DNA from: an uncultured SAR116 cluster alpha proteobacterium
Lineage (GTDB): Bacteria > Pseudomonadota > Alphaproteobacteria > Puniceispirillales > Marisalimonadaceae
Direction: 5' to 3'
Assembly (NCBI GenBank): GCA_902539895.1
Contig: CACBMD010000003.1
Coordinates: forward strand, 8,015 to 72,014
DNA: 64,000 nucleotides
The notes under the pieces were generated by a model that worked only from the letters and a program-made list of their open reading frames with translations, ran no database searches and was not told the DNA's origin. Below, one piece after another: positions 49,702 to 59,955 of this stretch (position 1 is its first letter; every line of letters begins with the position of its first letter). The position numbers were made by a program, and so were the translations under genes.

Positions 49702-50106
49702 ATGATTTTAAAAAGAAAATTTATTTATGTAATTTTGTTTATTGTTTTATTACCATTAAAATCAATGGCCAGTGATGTACATCTACCGTCTGCTGGATTT
49801 GATTGTAGTGACACAAATAATAAGTTTGAGTTTTTATTTGACAGATCAAAAGACATGGACAATCCAAAAGTTTATAGAAGAATGAATGGTAAGTTTGTTT
49901 TAATTGGAAACTTGTTAGCTGAAAAACAAGGAGCTTACGTAATTTGGGAAGATAAATATTTTTTTACTACAACTGATTTTGCATGGATTTTTGATAAAGT
50001 AACTTCAAGATTATCATCAGCAGTATTGAGTGTAGGATTGGGAACAGAAAATTTAAATAAAATACCAAAACCAATGACATGCATGCAAAAGATTTTTTAT
50101 TACTAA
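49702..50106 (+). CDS. Exported hypothetical protein
   Basis: Signal peptide; two Cys. Confidence 0.65.
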   Translation: MILKRKFIYVILFIVLLPLKSMASDVHLPSAGFDCSDTNNKFEFLFDRSKDMDNPKVYRRMNGKFVLIGNLLAEKQGAYVIWEDKYFFTTTDFAWIFDKVTSRLSSAVLSVGLGTENLNKIPKPMTCMQKIFYY

Positions 50107-50163
50107 CTTTTTAAAACAATTGTTTTGACTTAATTATTTATAAGTAATAATAGATTATTTAGT

Positions 50164-50240
50164 GGACGCGTAGCTCAGCTGGATAGAGCAACTGCCTTCT
50201 AAGCAGTAGGTCAGAGGTTCGAATCCTCTCGCGTTCACCA
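50164..50240 (+). tRNA. tRNA-Arg (anticodon UCU)
   Basis: GGACGCGTAGCTCAGCTGGATAGAGCAACTGCC-TTCTA-AGCAGTAGGTCAGAGGTTCGAATCCTCTCGCGTTCACCA. Confidence 0.97.
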
Positions 50241-50413
50241 TTTTTTAAAAGGAGATATGATTGTTCAGATTATTAATAAAAGATGCTGCTTTAGGCTTGA
50301 CTGACGGAATATTAATAGGACTTGTCCATAGAGGATCTTGTAAACAATTAATCCGTAAATGAAAATTTAAGTCATGATAAATAAGAAGATTAATAATATT
50401 TAATTATTGGCCG

Positions 50414-51343
50414 TTATTTATTCCAATCTAGATACCAGTTTTTAAATAAAGTATATTGACTTTCAGCGTATTTTCTCTGACTGTCACTCAACTTATCAGT
50501 TGGATTAAAATGCAATTTGTACCCTTTTTCTCCATTTAAAACCATTAAATATTTATAATAAAGTACCAGATCTGGCCCCTCATCAAAAGATGACAAAACC
50601 GCGAGTGCACTCTCAAGTTCCATAGCTTTTTTTCTTGCTAAAAAGTTACCGTTTGCTGCTTTTTCACATAGATCAATTAAATGTAATACTTCTTTTGGGA
50701 ATGCATTCCCCACTCCAGTTATAGCTCCAACTGCGCCACAATTTACATAGCCATGATATACAGTTGTATCTACGCCAATCATCAAGGATATATCATCATC
50801 TTTAAAAGTAATATGTTCTGCTGCATAACTTAGATCTTTAGCACCTCCAAATTCTTTAAAACCCACTAAATTTGGATGTTCTTTTCGTAAATCAAAAAAC
50901 AAATCTGCTCTCGTTGAAAACCCATAATAATGACTATTGTAAATAACTGCAGGAAGTTTAGGAGCTCCGCTTAAAATAGACGCAAAATGTGCTCTCTGAG
51001 CTGAAAGCGAAGGTCCCCTAGATAAAACTCTTGGAATTACCATCAGACCTGAAGCACCTACTTCTTGTGCATGTACAGCATGACCAATTGCTTTTTTTGA
51101 ATTAATTGAACCAGTTCCTACAATTGTAGGAACACCAGCTTTAACCAACCTAAAAACACCTTCTTGTCTTTCTTCGTCTGTTAATAAAGGCCAATCTCCC
51201 ATTGAACCGCAATAAACTACAGCGGACATCCCATAATTGATAAGCTCTTCAGCTTTATGCACAAGTAAATCAAAGTTTGGAGAGAGGTCTTCGTTGCATG
51301 GCGTCATAAGAGCTGGCATACAACCTTTAAAAATATTTTCCAA
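50414..51343 (-). CDS. DHDPS-family protein, resembling 1-pyrroline-4-hydroxy-2-carboxylate deaminase of hydroxyproline catabolism
   Basis: PALMTP, CGSMGDWP, VIYN, GFKEFGG. Confidence 0.82.
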   Translation of the reverse strand: MENIFKGCMPALMTPCNEDLSPNFDLLVHKAEELINYGMSAVVYCGSMGDWPLLTDEERQEGVFRLVKAGVPTIVGTGSINSKKAIGHAVHAQEVGASGLMVIPRVLSRGPSLSAQRAHFASILSGAPKLPAVIYNSHYYGFSTRADLFFDLRKEHPNLVGFKEFGGAKDLSYAAEHITFKDDDISLMIGVDTTVYHGYVNCGAVGAITGVGNAFPKEVLHLIDLCEKAANGNFLARKKAMELESALAVLSSFDEGPDLVLYYKYLMVLNGEKGYKLHFNPTDKLSDSQRKYAESQYTLFKNWYLDWNK

Positions 51344-51362
51344 ATTACCCTCCTAGATTAAT

Positions 51363-52127
51363 TTACCCGTTAATTGAATAACCACCATCGACAGGGATAG
51401 CAGTGCCCGTAACATAATTTGAAGCATCACTAGATAAAAACACGGCTATTCCTCCCAAATCATCTGGATCTCCCCAACGCCCAGCAGGAGTTCTTTCTTC
51501 AACTCTTTTTTGAAGTTCAGGAATATCAACCCTAGCTTGTCGTGTTAAAGTGGTATCTATATATCCTGGTAAAACCGCATTCACTTGAATGTTGTCTTTA
51601 GCCCAAGTATTTGCAAGACTTTTTGTTAATTGTACCACACCTCCTTTACTTGCAGAATATGCACTTCCAAGAGGTGCGCCAAATAAAGAATGCATTGATC
51701 CAATGTTAATAATTTTTCCACTGTTAATATTCTTAAAATATTTAAAAGCAGCTTTAGAACAAGTAAACGTACTTATCAAGTTTGTATCTATGATTGATGT
51801 CCATTCCTTTAATTCATATTCCTCAGGTCGTTTTCTAATATTTGTACCAGCATTATTAATTAAAATATTAAGCTTTCCGTATGTTTGAACTACATCTTCG
51901 ATAAGTTGATTACATGAGTTCTCGTTTACTACATCTACAATTAGGGATTTGCATTTAACACTCAGAGAATTCAACTCTTCAATTGATTTTTTGTTTTTGT
52001 CTTCGTTTCTTCCTGCTATAACAACAGTTGCACCAGCTTCTCCAATTGCTTTTGCCATCGCAAACCCTATACCACCATTACCTCCTGTAATTAATGCAAC
52101 CTTATCAGTCAGATTAAATAATTTCAT
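51363..52127 (-). CDS. SDR oxidoreductase (KduD/gluconate 5-dehydrogenase-like)
   Basis: TGGNGGIG, NNAG, YSASK, RTPAGRWG. Confidence 0.9.
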   Translation of the reverse strand: MKLFNLTDKVALITGGNGGIGFAMAKAIGEAGATVVIAGRNEDKNKKSIEELNSLSVKCKSLIVDVVNENSCNQLIEDVVQTYGKLNILINNAGTNIRKRPEEYELKEWTSIIDTNLISTFTCSKAAFKYFKNINSGKIINIGSMHSLFGAPLGSAYSASKGGVVQLTKSLANTWAKDNIQVNAVLPGYIDTTLTRQARVDIPELQKRVEERTPAGRWGDPDDLGGIAVFLSSDASNYVTGTAIPVDGGYSING

Positions 52128-52145
52128 ATTGCACTCCTTTATGAT

Positions 52146-52865
52146 CTACCAATTTTCTTGAGATGTTCTTACATCTAATTCAAATGTCCATGCATCTTTA
52201 CTTTGATTATATAGAAACATATAAGCTTCTGTAACATTCTCTATGTTAATAAGTTTACCTTCTTTAACTCTTTTTTCAAAATCAGATAATCGTTGTTTTA
52301 TTCTTTCCCCTGCTAAACCTCCATCAACAATTACATGACTTACGTGAATTGAGTTTTCAGCATATTCTTTTGCTAAAGCCTGAGCTAAATTTCTAAGGGC
52401 TCCTTTAGCAGAATTAAAAGCACCAAAATTAGATTTACCTCTTAAAGATGCACTAGCTCCAGTAAAAATAAGGGTGCCAGCTGTTTTTTCTAATAAAAAT
52501 GTTTTAATAACTTCTTTAGCAAATAAAAATCCGCCAAAACAGCCACTTTCCCAGCTTTCTCGAAAATAATTAGCATCCATATCAACAATTTTACCAGGTC
52601 TATTATTACCAACATTATAAACAGCGAAATCTAATCCAGGACCAATTTCTTTGATCATATTTTTTATTTGATTTTCATCAGTTGCATCTACAATTATTGG
52701 TATTGCTTTATTCCCGTCATCTAAAATAGTATTGACTACATTATCTAATGATGACTTTGTCCTCCCTGCAACAAATACTTCAAAATTATTGTTTGCAATT
52801 TTTCTACATAATTGTCCACCTAAACCATTTAATGGACCAACACCTATGACTAAAGCTTTTTTCAT
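52146..52865 (-). CDS. SDR family oxidoreductase
   Basis: GVGP..GLG, FTGASASLRG, HVIVDG, WTFELDVR. Confidence 0.88.
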   Translation of the reverse strand: MKKALVIGVGPLNGLGGQLCRKIANNNFEVFVAGRTKSSLDNVVNTILDDGNKAIPIIVDATDENQIKNMIKEIGPGLDFAVYNVGNNRPGKIVDMDANYFRESWESGCFGGFLFAKEVIKTFLLEKTAGTLIFTGASASLRGKSNFGAFNSAKGALRNLAQALAKEYAENSIHVSHVIVDGGLAGERIKQRLSDFEKRVKEGKLINIENVTEAYMFLYNQSKDAWTFELDVRTSQENW

Positions 52866-52879
52866 TTGTTATACTCTAA

Positions 52880-53158
52880 TTAATTTAAGTAAGAATCTAC
52901 TCTTTGTAGCAAAGAATTAAGTCTGATTTTCAAGTCTAATAATTGATTTTTTAAATTTTTATTTTCATTTTTTAGTTCTTTAATTTTTAATTTTAATAGA
53001 GAGTTATTTAAATTTTTACTAGGAGCTTGGTTTTTTTGGTCAGCTTTACATGTATTATAAATTGTAATTTCTTCAGCAGAAGTACCTTTTAAAACACACT
53101 CATGAGCCAATATTTGGGGTGAAAATAAAATAAAAAATGATAAAATTATAATCTTCAT
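52880..53158 (-). CDS. Small exported coiled-coil protein
   Basis: Signal peptide, Cys pair, C-terminal heptads. Confidence 0.65.
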   Translation of the reverse strand: MKIIILSFFILFSPQILAHECVLKGTSAEEITIYNTCKADQKNQAPSKNLNNSLLKLKIKELKNENKNLKNQLLDLKIRLNSLLQRVDSYLN

Positions 53159-53227
53159 GTTAATATGTTATTAGTTAGTTATACTGATACAATTACATAC
53201 TAAGTATGCATTTAACAAGAGGTAAAA

Positions 53228-53511
53228 ATGTACACTAGAATTGCTGAATTTCAATCAACTTCAAAAGTTAATTGTGATATGATCATAGCTTTTTTTCAAA
53301 ATGTAATGATACCCAGAAATATAAAAAATGGACAATTGAGTTGTGAAGTTTATAGAGTTTCAGATACTACAGGCTTTGTTATATCTTGTTTTAAAAATAA
53401 AAATGATGCTTCAAAATTATGAAAATAATGGCAGAAGAGGTTAATTAAGTAAAAGGTAACACTAAGATAAAGTTTATAGAAGGTGAACGAGTTTTCAAAA
53501 TCGAAGGATAA
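53228..53511 (+). pseudogene. Disrupted small alpha/beta-barrel-type gene
   Basis: GAGG RBS; frameshift in the A-run at ~53414, then IMKIMAEEVN*VKGNTKIKFIEGERVFKIEG*, ending 3 nt before hsp20. Confidence 0.6.
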
Positions 53512-53514
53512 AAA

Positions 53515-53931
53515 ATGACTTTAATACAAAATAAATTTTTAAAATATTATATTGGGTATAATGATTTTTTTGACGAGATTGATAAAGTTTCTTCAATTCA
53601 AAACAAATCAAACTTAGCCTTTGATATTATAAAATATGACCATCATAATTACGAAATTCATGTGGCCTTAGCAGGGATTGAACCTAATCAAATAAAAATT
53701 AATACGGTTAATGATTATTTAGTGTTGGATGTAAAAAATAAAGCATTATCAATTGATAAAGATATAATACATAAAGGTATTCAAAATAATTCTACTAAAC
53801 AAGTTTTTAGACTAGAGCAAAATATTTTAGTGGACGAAGCAGAATTAACCAATGGCATATTAAAAATCAAATTATACAAAAAAGATATGCAAGCATCACC
53901 TAGAAGAATTATTAAAATAATAGAAGAATAA
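53515..53931 (+). CDS. Small heat-shock protein (Hsp20/IbpA family)
   Basis: YEIHVALAG, IHKGI, AELTNGILKIKL. Confidence 0.85.
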   Translation: MTLIQNKFLKYYIGYNDFFDEIDKVSSIQNKSNLAFDIIKYDHHNYEIHVALAGIEPNQIKINTVNDYLVLDVKNKALSIDKDIIHKGIQNNSTKQVFRLEQNILVDEAELTNGILKIKLYKKDMQASPRRIIKIIEE

Positions 53932-53965
53932 ATCAAATTTTATTAATTTTAAATAAGGAAAAGAA

Positions 53966-54733
53966 ATGAACCATATGATTGATACTCAAAAGTTAAAAAG
54001 TCAAATTACTGAAAAAGAATGGCAATTAAGGCTTGATCTAGCTGCTACTTACAGATTAATTGCCATGTATGGATGGGATGATTTAATTTATACACATGTG
54101 TCTTTAAGAATACCTGGACCAGAACATCATTTTCTAATCAATCCCTACGGTTTGATGTTTGATGAGATTACTGCTTCTAGCTTGGTTAAAATTGATCTTA
54201 ATGGTGATGCAGTTATAGATACACCTTATGAAGTAAATCCTGCTGGTTTTACCATTCATAGTGCAATACATTCTGCAAGAGAAGATGCTCAATGCGTTTT
54301 ACATCTTCACACTAATGATGGTGTTGCCGTTTCTATACAAAAAGATGGATTACTACCAATTAGCCAAACTTCTATGTTGATTCATCCACATATTGCATAT
54401 CATGATTATGAAGGCCTAGCACTAGATCATAGTGAAAAAGAAAGATTAATTAAAGACATAGGAGATAAAAATCTATTTATACTTCGCAATCATGGAACTT
54501 TATCTGTTGGACAAACATGCGGAATAGCTTTTATGGGAATATATTTTCTAGAGAGAGCTTGTTCAGCTCAAATACGAGCACAGGCTGCTGGCAAAATAAA
54601 TTTACCATCAAAAGAAGCTATTAAAACTACTCAAGAACAATCAGTAGGAATGTTTGATTTAGGTAAAGACAGGCTGGCATGGCCAGCATTGCTTAGAAAA
54701 CTTGAAAGGCACTCACCAGACTATAAAATTTAA
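53966..54733 (+). CDS. Class II aldolase/adducin family
   Basis: FLINPYG, NPAGFTIHSAIH, HLHT, LRNHG. Confidence 0.92.
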   Translation: MNHMIDTQKLKSQITEKEWQLRLDLAATYRLIAMYGWDDLIYTHVSLRIPGPEHHFLINPYGLMFDEITASSLVKIDLNGDAVIDTPYEVNPAGFTIHSAIHSAREDAQCVLHLHTNDGVAVSIQKDGLLPISQTSMLIHPHIAYHDYEGLALDHSEKERLIKDIGDKNLFILRNHGTLSVGQTCGIAFMGIYFLERACSAQIRAQAAGKINLPSKEAIKTTQEQSVGMFDLGKDRLAWPALLRKLERHSPDYKI

Positions 54734-55620
54734 AATGCTGATTTGGCACCGCCAGTTTTTTGAGAAGTGAATATGGACCCATAATCCGGTGCTGGAGGAA
54801 GAGGTATTATAACAGGGACTTTCTCCATTCTAGGTTGGTAACTTACCTTTCCACACACCATTTGCTTTTCTAATTGGTTACATAATTGTACAGGATTTGT
54901 ACTTTTCATATATGCGCCTGCGCCAACCAATGGCCATGCATCGGCTGAATTGCATTCGTAAAATAAAACTAATCTATCTCTGTTACTTTTATTAGGTGAA
55001 GATCCATGAAGTGTTCTTGCATGATGAATAGTCATAGATCTTGCCTTTCCAGTTAAAGTTACTGCTTTGCTCATATCAAAATCTGAATCATCTGGATCAA
55101 TCGCACCACAAAAAACACCATTGTTAAAATGACTTAACACAGGGCCCTTGTGACTTTTAGGTATCACCATTAATGGTCCATTATCTATATCAACATCATT
55201 TAACATCAAACCCAAAGCCAGAACATTATCATTTGTATGAGGATAAAATGCCCAATCTTGGTGCCATTCCACAGCAGCTCCTCCACCAGGTGCTTTGGTA
55301 TTTAATTTACTTGTTTTTAAGGACACATTATCACCAAGAAGATCTCTAAGAATTTCTTCAATTTTTGACTCTTTTATAATATCCCAAAAAAATTGAGAAT
55401 GTTGGTGTGGCTGTTTAACTCTTTTAAGTCTGGGATTATCAGATGAATGACCATCTTCAAGGTCAAAAATATTATCATTTTCTCTGATCATTTTTGATTT
55501 TTCAAAAAAACCATCTACTAAAGCTAACATTTCCTTGTGTTGATTTTCTGATATAACATCTTCAACAAGTAAATAACCTTGGTCATTGTAAAAATTTATT
55601 TCATCCTTAGTTAATGCCAT
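54730..55620 (-). CDS. PhyH family dioxygenase
   Basis: WHQDWAFYPHTN, HGSSPN.S.R.R. Confidence 0.9.
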   Translation of the reverse strand: MALTKDEINFYNDQGYLLVEDVISENQHKEMLALVDGFFEKSKMIRENDNIFDLEDGHSSDNPRLKRVKQPHQHSQFFWDIIKESKIEEILRDLLGDNVSLKTSKLNTKAPGGGAAVEWHQDWAFYPHTNDNVLALGLMLNDVDIDNGPLMVIPKSHKGPVLSHFNNGVFCGAIDPDDSDFDMSKAVTLTGKARSMTIHHARTLHGSSPNKSNRDRLVLFYECNSADAWPLVGAGAYMKSTNPVQLCNQLEKQMVCGKVSYQPRMEKVPVIIPLPPAPDYGSIFTSQKTGGAKSAF

Positions 55621-55709
55621 CTATACCCCCTAAAAAATAGAAAAGTAATTATAATTTTAGTCATTTGTAAAATATATGTTAATTAAATAATTTTTAAGAG
55701 CAACAAGAT

Positions 55710-56936
55710 ATGAAGAATAATTTTATAGAGCTAGACAGTAAGCAAGCTTGGCTAAGATTAATAATTATCTTTACAATGAGTGTTATTGGAACTGCAGGCA
55801 TGTGGTCTGTTGTTATAATAATGCCAAATATTCAAAATGAGTTTGGACTAGATAGAGCAGCTTCTACCTATCCATATGTTGCAACAATGTTTGGTTACGG
55901 TATAGGCAATGTAATCATTGGTCGTATGTTAGATAAAATTGGGATTAGAAAACCAATAATTTTTGCTTTAATATTATTAGTTTCTTCTTATTTGTTTTCA
56001 GTTTTAGCAACAAATGTTTTTTGGCTATCTATGATTCAGTTTTTTTTAGGTTTTTCTGCTGCCGCTTTTTTTGGTCCAATGATGGCAGATATATCTAAAT
56101 TTTTTTATAAAAGAAAAGGTCTTGCTGTCTCTCTAGTTGCAAGTGGTCAACATTTATGCGGTGCAATATGGCCATTTTTGATCAAAGACTTTTTAATTGA
56201 CGGCCAATGGAAGAGTGCACATTTATTTATCGCTGTAGTATGCAGCATTTGCATCCCAATATTATTTTTTTTTCTAGGAGAAAAGAAAACAAAATCAAAT
56301 GAAAACATACAAAATTTTGATGTGGAAAAAAATGTTAATTCAACTCTAAAATTATCAATAAGTAATAAAAAAATTCAAATTTTACTTATGTTTGCTGGAA
56401 TTCTTTGTTGTGTTGCTATGTCTGTGCCACAAGTACACATCGTACCTTTATGCATTGATTATGGATATGGCTTAACGGTGGGTACTGAAATATTATCATT
56501 TATGTTATTTGCTGCTGTAACAAGCAGAATTTTGTTTGGCTTTTTATCAGATAAAATAGGTCCCATTCAAACACTTATTCTTGGTTCAAGTCTTCAAGCT
56601 ATTTCTCTATCAATGTTTTTGCCTTTTAATAGTCAATTATCTTTGTACATTGTTGCAGTCTTTTTTGGATTATCCCAAGGAGGAATAGTACCTATCTATA
56701 CTGTGATTATAAGTAAATTCTTACCTACTAATGAAGTCGCTGAAAGAGTTGGTTTACTCATATTCGCAACTATAATTGGAATGTCATTAGGTGGTTGGTT
56801 GTCAGGGGAAATATTTGATTATACTAATTCATATAAATTGGCATTTTTAAATGGTATATTTTGGAATATTATAAATGTCTCGATAATGGTTTATCTGTAT
56901 TTAGTTTATATAAATTCAAAAAGGATTAATGATTGA
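55710..56936 (+). CDS. MFS transporter
   Basis: GRMLDKIG and GFLSDKIG motifs; ~12 TMs. Confidence 0.9.
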   Translation: MKNNFIELDSKQAWLRLIIIFTMSVIGTAGMWSVVIIMPNIQNEFGLDRAASTYPYVATMFGYGIGNVIIGRMLDKIGIRKPIIFALILLVSSYLFSVLATNVFWLSMIQFFLGFSAAAFFGPMMADISKFFYKRKGLAVSLVASGQHLCGAIWPFLIKDFLIDGQWKSAHLFIAVVCSICIPILFFFLGEKKTKSNENIQNFDVEKNVNSTLKLSISNKKIQILLMFAGILCCVAMSVPQVHIVPLCIDYGYGLTVGTEILSFMLFAAVTSRILFGFLSDKIGPIQTLILGSSLQAISLSMFLPFNSQLSLYIVAVFFGLSQGGIVPIYTVIISKFLPTNEVAERVGLLIFATIIGMSLGGWLSGEIFDYTNSYKLAFLNGIFWNIINVSIMVYLYLVYINSKRIND

Positions 56937-57088
56937 TGGATTTAGAAAAATTAATGTCTGATTTATGGAAAAAATATCTTGAAACAAAAGATGTCAAGTA
57001 TCTTGCTGAAGCATGTGAAAAAGCACCTTTTTTTGGGCAAAAACAAATGGGAAAAGAAATTAGCAAAATTTTAAAAAATTTGTCATGA
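56936..57088 (+). CDS. Small protein (50 aa)
   Basis: Manual translation MDLEKLMSDLWKKYLETKDVKYLAEACEKAPFFGQKQMGKEISKILKNLS; TGATG and ATGA overlaps with both neighbours. Confidence 0.72.
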   Translation: MDLEKLMSDLWKKYLETKDVKYLAEACEKAPFFGQKQMGKEISKILKNLS

Positions 57089-57627
57089 TTAATTCTATAA
57101 TGATTTTAGATTTTTGGTTTAAAGAATGTACTCCAAAGATGTGGTTCAAAAAAGACATAGAATTTGACAACTTAATAAAGAACAGGTTTCAAAAAATATT
57201 TGAATTTTGTTTAGAAAATAAAATCAACAACTATCACTTTACTAAAGAAGATTATCTTTCGTGGATAATTGTATTAGATCAATTTAGTAGAAATATTTAT
57301 AGAAACCAAATAAAATCATTCGCTGGAGATGAGAAAGCTCTAAAATTATCAAAGATAGCAATAAAGAAGAGTTTTCTTAAATCTAACAAAGATAACTATA
57401 ATAGTTTTTTTTTGATGCCTTTTATGCATAGTGAAAAACTTTCAGATCATGAATTTAGTCTTCCCTTTTTTAAAAAATATACAAATAAAAAAACTTATGA
57501 TTCAGCACAAAGACATAAAAAAGTTATAGAAACTTTTTCAAGATTTCCTCATAGAAATGAAATTTTAGGTAGAAAATCAACTAAATCAGAATTAGAGTTT
57601 TTGAAATTACCTGGGAGTAAATTTTAA
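57085..57627 (+). CDS. DUF924 family protein
   Basis: ILDFWF, IIVLDQFSRN, MPFMHSE, RFPHRNEILGR.ST. Confidence 0.9.
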   Translation: MINSIMILDFWFKECTPKMWFKKDIEFDNLIKNRFQKIFEFCLENKINNYHFTKEDYLSWIIVLDQFSRNIYRNQIKSFAGDEKALKLSKIAIKKSFLKSNKDNYNSFFLMPFMHSEKLSDHEFSLPFFKKYTNKKTYDSAQRHKKVIETFSRFPHRNEILGRKSTKSELEFLKLPGSKF

Positions 57628-57632
57628 ATATC

Positions 57633-58430
57633 ATGGAAATTAATAATACAAAAGTTGGAAATAATCCAAGTATTTCAATTGATTATGCAGGTCAAGGGGA
57701 AATGATTATCTTTTTGCATGGTATTGGTGGTAATAAAAAGAATTGGACAGCTAATCTTATTTTTTTCTCTAAAAAATTTCTTTCAGTTGCTTGGGATACT
57801 CGAGGCTATGGAGAAAGTGATGATTATGAAGGAGATTTAAATTTTGAAGATGTTTTATGTGATCTAGTAAAAATATTCAAACATTTTAACAAAGATAAGG
57901 CTCACATTGTAGGACTGTCAATGGGTGGACAAATCGCGACTTTATTTTATGAAAAATATCCAAGTTATGTAAAATCTTTAATATTATGCGATACTCATTT
58001 TGGATTATCAAATCTAAGTCTGCAAGAAATTGAAAAATTTATAAACTTAAGAAAAGAACCTCTTATAAATGGCAAAGAACCAAGGGACATTGCTCCAATC
58101 GTAGCTTCAACACTTATTGGAGACGTTAATAATAAATCAGCCTATAATCAATTAGTTAACTCAATGGAGCTATTACACAAAGAAAGCTATTTAAAAACCA
58201 TTGACACATCAATGAGAACTGAACATCGTCATATCTTTAAAACAATAAATGTACCAACATTAATTATGGTTGGTGAGTTAGATACCTTGACGCCTCCATC
58301 AATGTCTAATGAAATTATGAAAGAAATAAAAAATAGTAAATTAAGCGTTATTCCTAATGCTGGTCATCTATCAAATATTGAAAATCCAATAGTATTCAAT
58401 CAAAAATTGTTAGAATTTCTAGATAGTTAA
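57633..58430 (+). CDS. Alpha/beta hydrolase
   Basis: LHGIGG, GLSMGG, AGHLSNIE. Confidence 0.9.
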   Translation: MEINNTKVGNNPSISIDYAGQGEMIIFLHGIGGNKKNWTANLIFFSKKFLSVAWDTRGYGESDDYEGDLNFEDVLCDLVKIFKHFNKDKAHIVGLSMGGQIATLFYEKYPSYVKSLILCDTHFGLSNLSLQEIEKFINLRKEPLINGKEPRDIAPIVASTLIGDVNNKSAYNQLVNSMELLHKESYLKTIDTSMRTEHRHIFKTINVPTLIMVGELDTLTPPSMSNEIMKEIKNSKLSVIPNAGHLSNIENPIVFNQKLLEFLDS

Positions 58431-59105
58431 ATGAAGTTAATTAAAATTAAACTATACATATATCAATTAATCTATTCACAAATAAAGCATACAAAGCTTA
58501 TGACTCAAAATATGAGAAGTCCAGGAAATGGTTTTTTAGGAAATATTGCTAAAGAACTGATGATCGTTTTTAACGAATTTGTTTATGATGACTCAATTAA
58601 AAAACTCAATGTTAAAAAAAATGATAATGTTATAGAAATTGGATCTGGTAATGGACAGGGAATTAAAAAATTACTAAACCTCACTTCCAAAAATATTATT
58701 TCGATAGAAGTCAGCGATACATTTCGTAATAAATTAATTCAAAAATTTAAAAATCAAAATGTTACAATCTTATCTAATGATGCAAAAAATTTATCTGATA
58801 TTGTAAAAGATAATTCTTTCGATAAATTACTAGCAGTTAATGTGGTTTATTTTTTACACCCTATAATTGACTATGCTAGAGAATTCTTCAGAATATTAAA
58901 AATAAATGGATTAGGTGTTTTAGTTTGCAAGTTTGAGGGTATTAAAAACTTTGATGATAAAGTTGCTCCGAATAAGAATTTGGAAGATATAGTTAATGCT
59001 TTTGAGAAAGCCGGGTTTGGAGTTAAAACAGAATTCATTAAATCCAATAATATACAAAAAGAATATCATGCAATTTATTTAAGAAAAAGTAAGAATGAAC
59101 CATAA
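58431..59105 (+). CDS. Class I SAM-dependent methyltransferase
   Basis: VIEIGSGNG, FDKLLAVNVVYF. Confidence 0.85.
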   Translation: MKLIKIKLYIYQLIYSQIKHTKLMTQNMRSPGNGFLGNIAKELMIVFNEFVYDDSIKKLNVKKNDNVIEIGSGNGQGIKKLLNLTSKNIISIEVSDTFRNKLIQKFKNQNVTILSNDAKNLSDIVKDNSFDKLLAVNVVYFLHPIIDYAREFFRILKINGLGVLVCKFEGIKNFDDKVAPNKNLEDIVNAFEKAGFGVKTEFIKSNNIQKEYHAIYLRKSKNEP

Positions 59106-59955
59106 TTCAAATATACAACCAAGAAGGAGTTTTATATTTACTCCTGGTCTGAAGCCTGACATGTATCCTAAAGCTCTTAAATCCGGCACAGATATGGTAT
59201 GTGTTGAATTAGAAGATGGTATTGCCCCACATGATAAAGAAACAGCAAGAATCTTAGCTCTAAAATTATTTCAAGAAAAGCAAGAAAATGATGGAGTTGA
59301 AAGAATTTTAAGAATTAATTGTTTAAGAGAAAAGTTTGGAATAGAGGATGTCCAGGCTATTTTGTCAACTAAAAATCCTCCACCAGCTCTAATGATCCCA
59401 AAAGTAAAAACATCTCAAGAAGTTAAACTTTTAGATGATTTACTCAGTGAAAAAGGACATAACTGTAGACTTCATATTATAATTGAAACTAATGAAGGAT
59501 TAGAAAATGCCTTTGACATCGCAAATTGTTCACAAAGAATAGATGCACTTTTTTTTGGAGGTGTAGATATGTCTGCAGAGTTAAGATGTGAAAATAAATG
59601 GGAACCCCTTTTATATGCAAGATCCAGAATAGTACATGCAGCAGCCTCCGCTGGTATTGATGCAATAGATGTTCCTTATCTTGATCTAGATGATTTAGAT
59701 GGTATGAAAGAGGAAGCAATTAAAGCAAAAGAGCTTGGTTTTAGTGGGAAAGGATCAATACATCCAAAACAAATTTCTATATTAAATAATGTTTTCACTC
59801 CCTCTGTTGAAGTTATAGAACGAGCAAAAAAAATCACATCAACATTTGAAGAAGCAAATACTGGGCTGGTTGTAATTGATGGCAAATTAATTGAAAAACC
59901 TGTGTTAAGAGAAATGTATAGAATTTTATCTATAGCGAACAAATTAAATAATTAA
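59095..59955 (+). CDS. CitE/HpcH family CoA-ester lyase (malyl-CoA lyase/thioesterase-like)
   Basis: RRSFIFTPG, ELEDG, IIET, GK..IHPKQ. Confidence 0.88.
   Translation: MNHNSNIQPRRSFIFTPGLKPDMYPKALKSGTDMVCVELEDGIAPHDKETARILALKLFQEKQENDGVERILRINCLREKFGIEDVQAILSTKNPPPALMIPKVKTSQEVKLLDDLLSEKGHNCRLHIIIETNEGLENAFDIANCSQRIDALFFGGVDMSAELRCENKWEPLLYARSRIVHAAASAGIDAIDVPYLDLDDLDGMKEEAIKAKELGFSGKGSIHPKQISILNNVFTPSVEVIERAKKITSTFEEANTGLVVIDGKLIEKPVLREMYRILSIANKLNN

Noticed and set aside
50164-50413. Island integrated at tRNA-Arg(UCU)
   Set aside because: No duplicate of its 3' end and no integrase noticed; the downstream 170 bp has only short broken frames.
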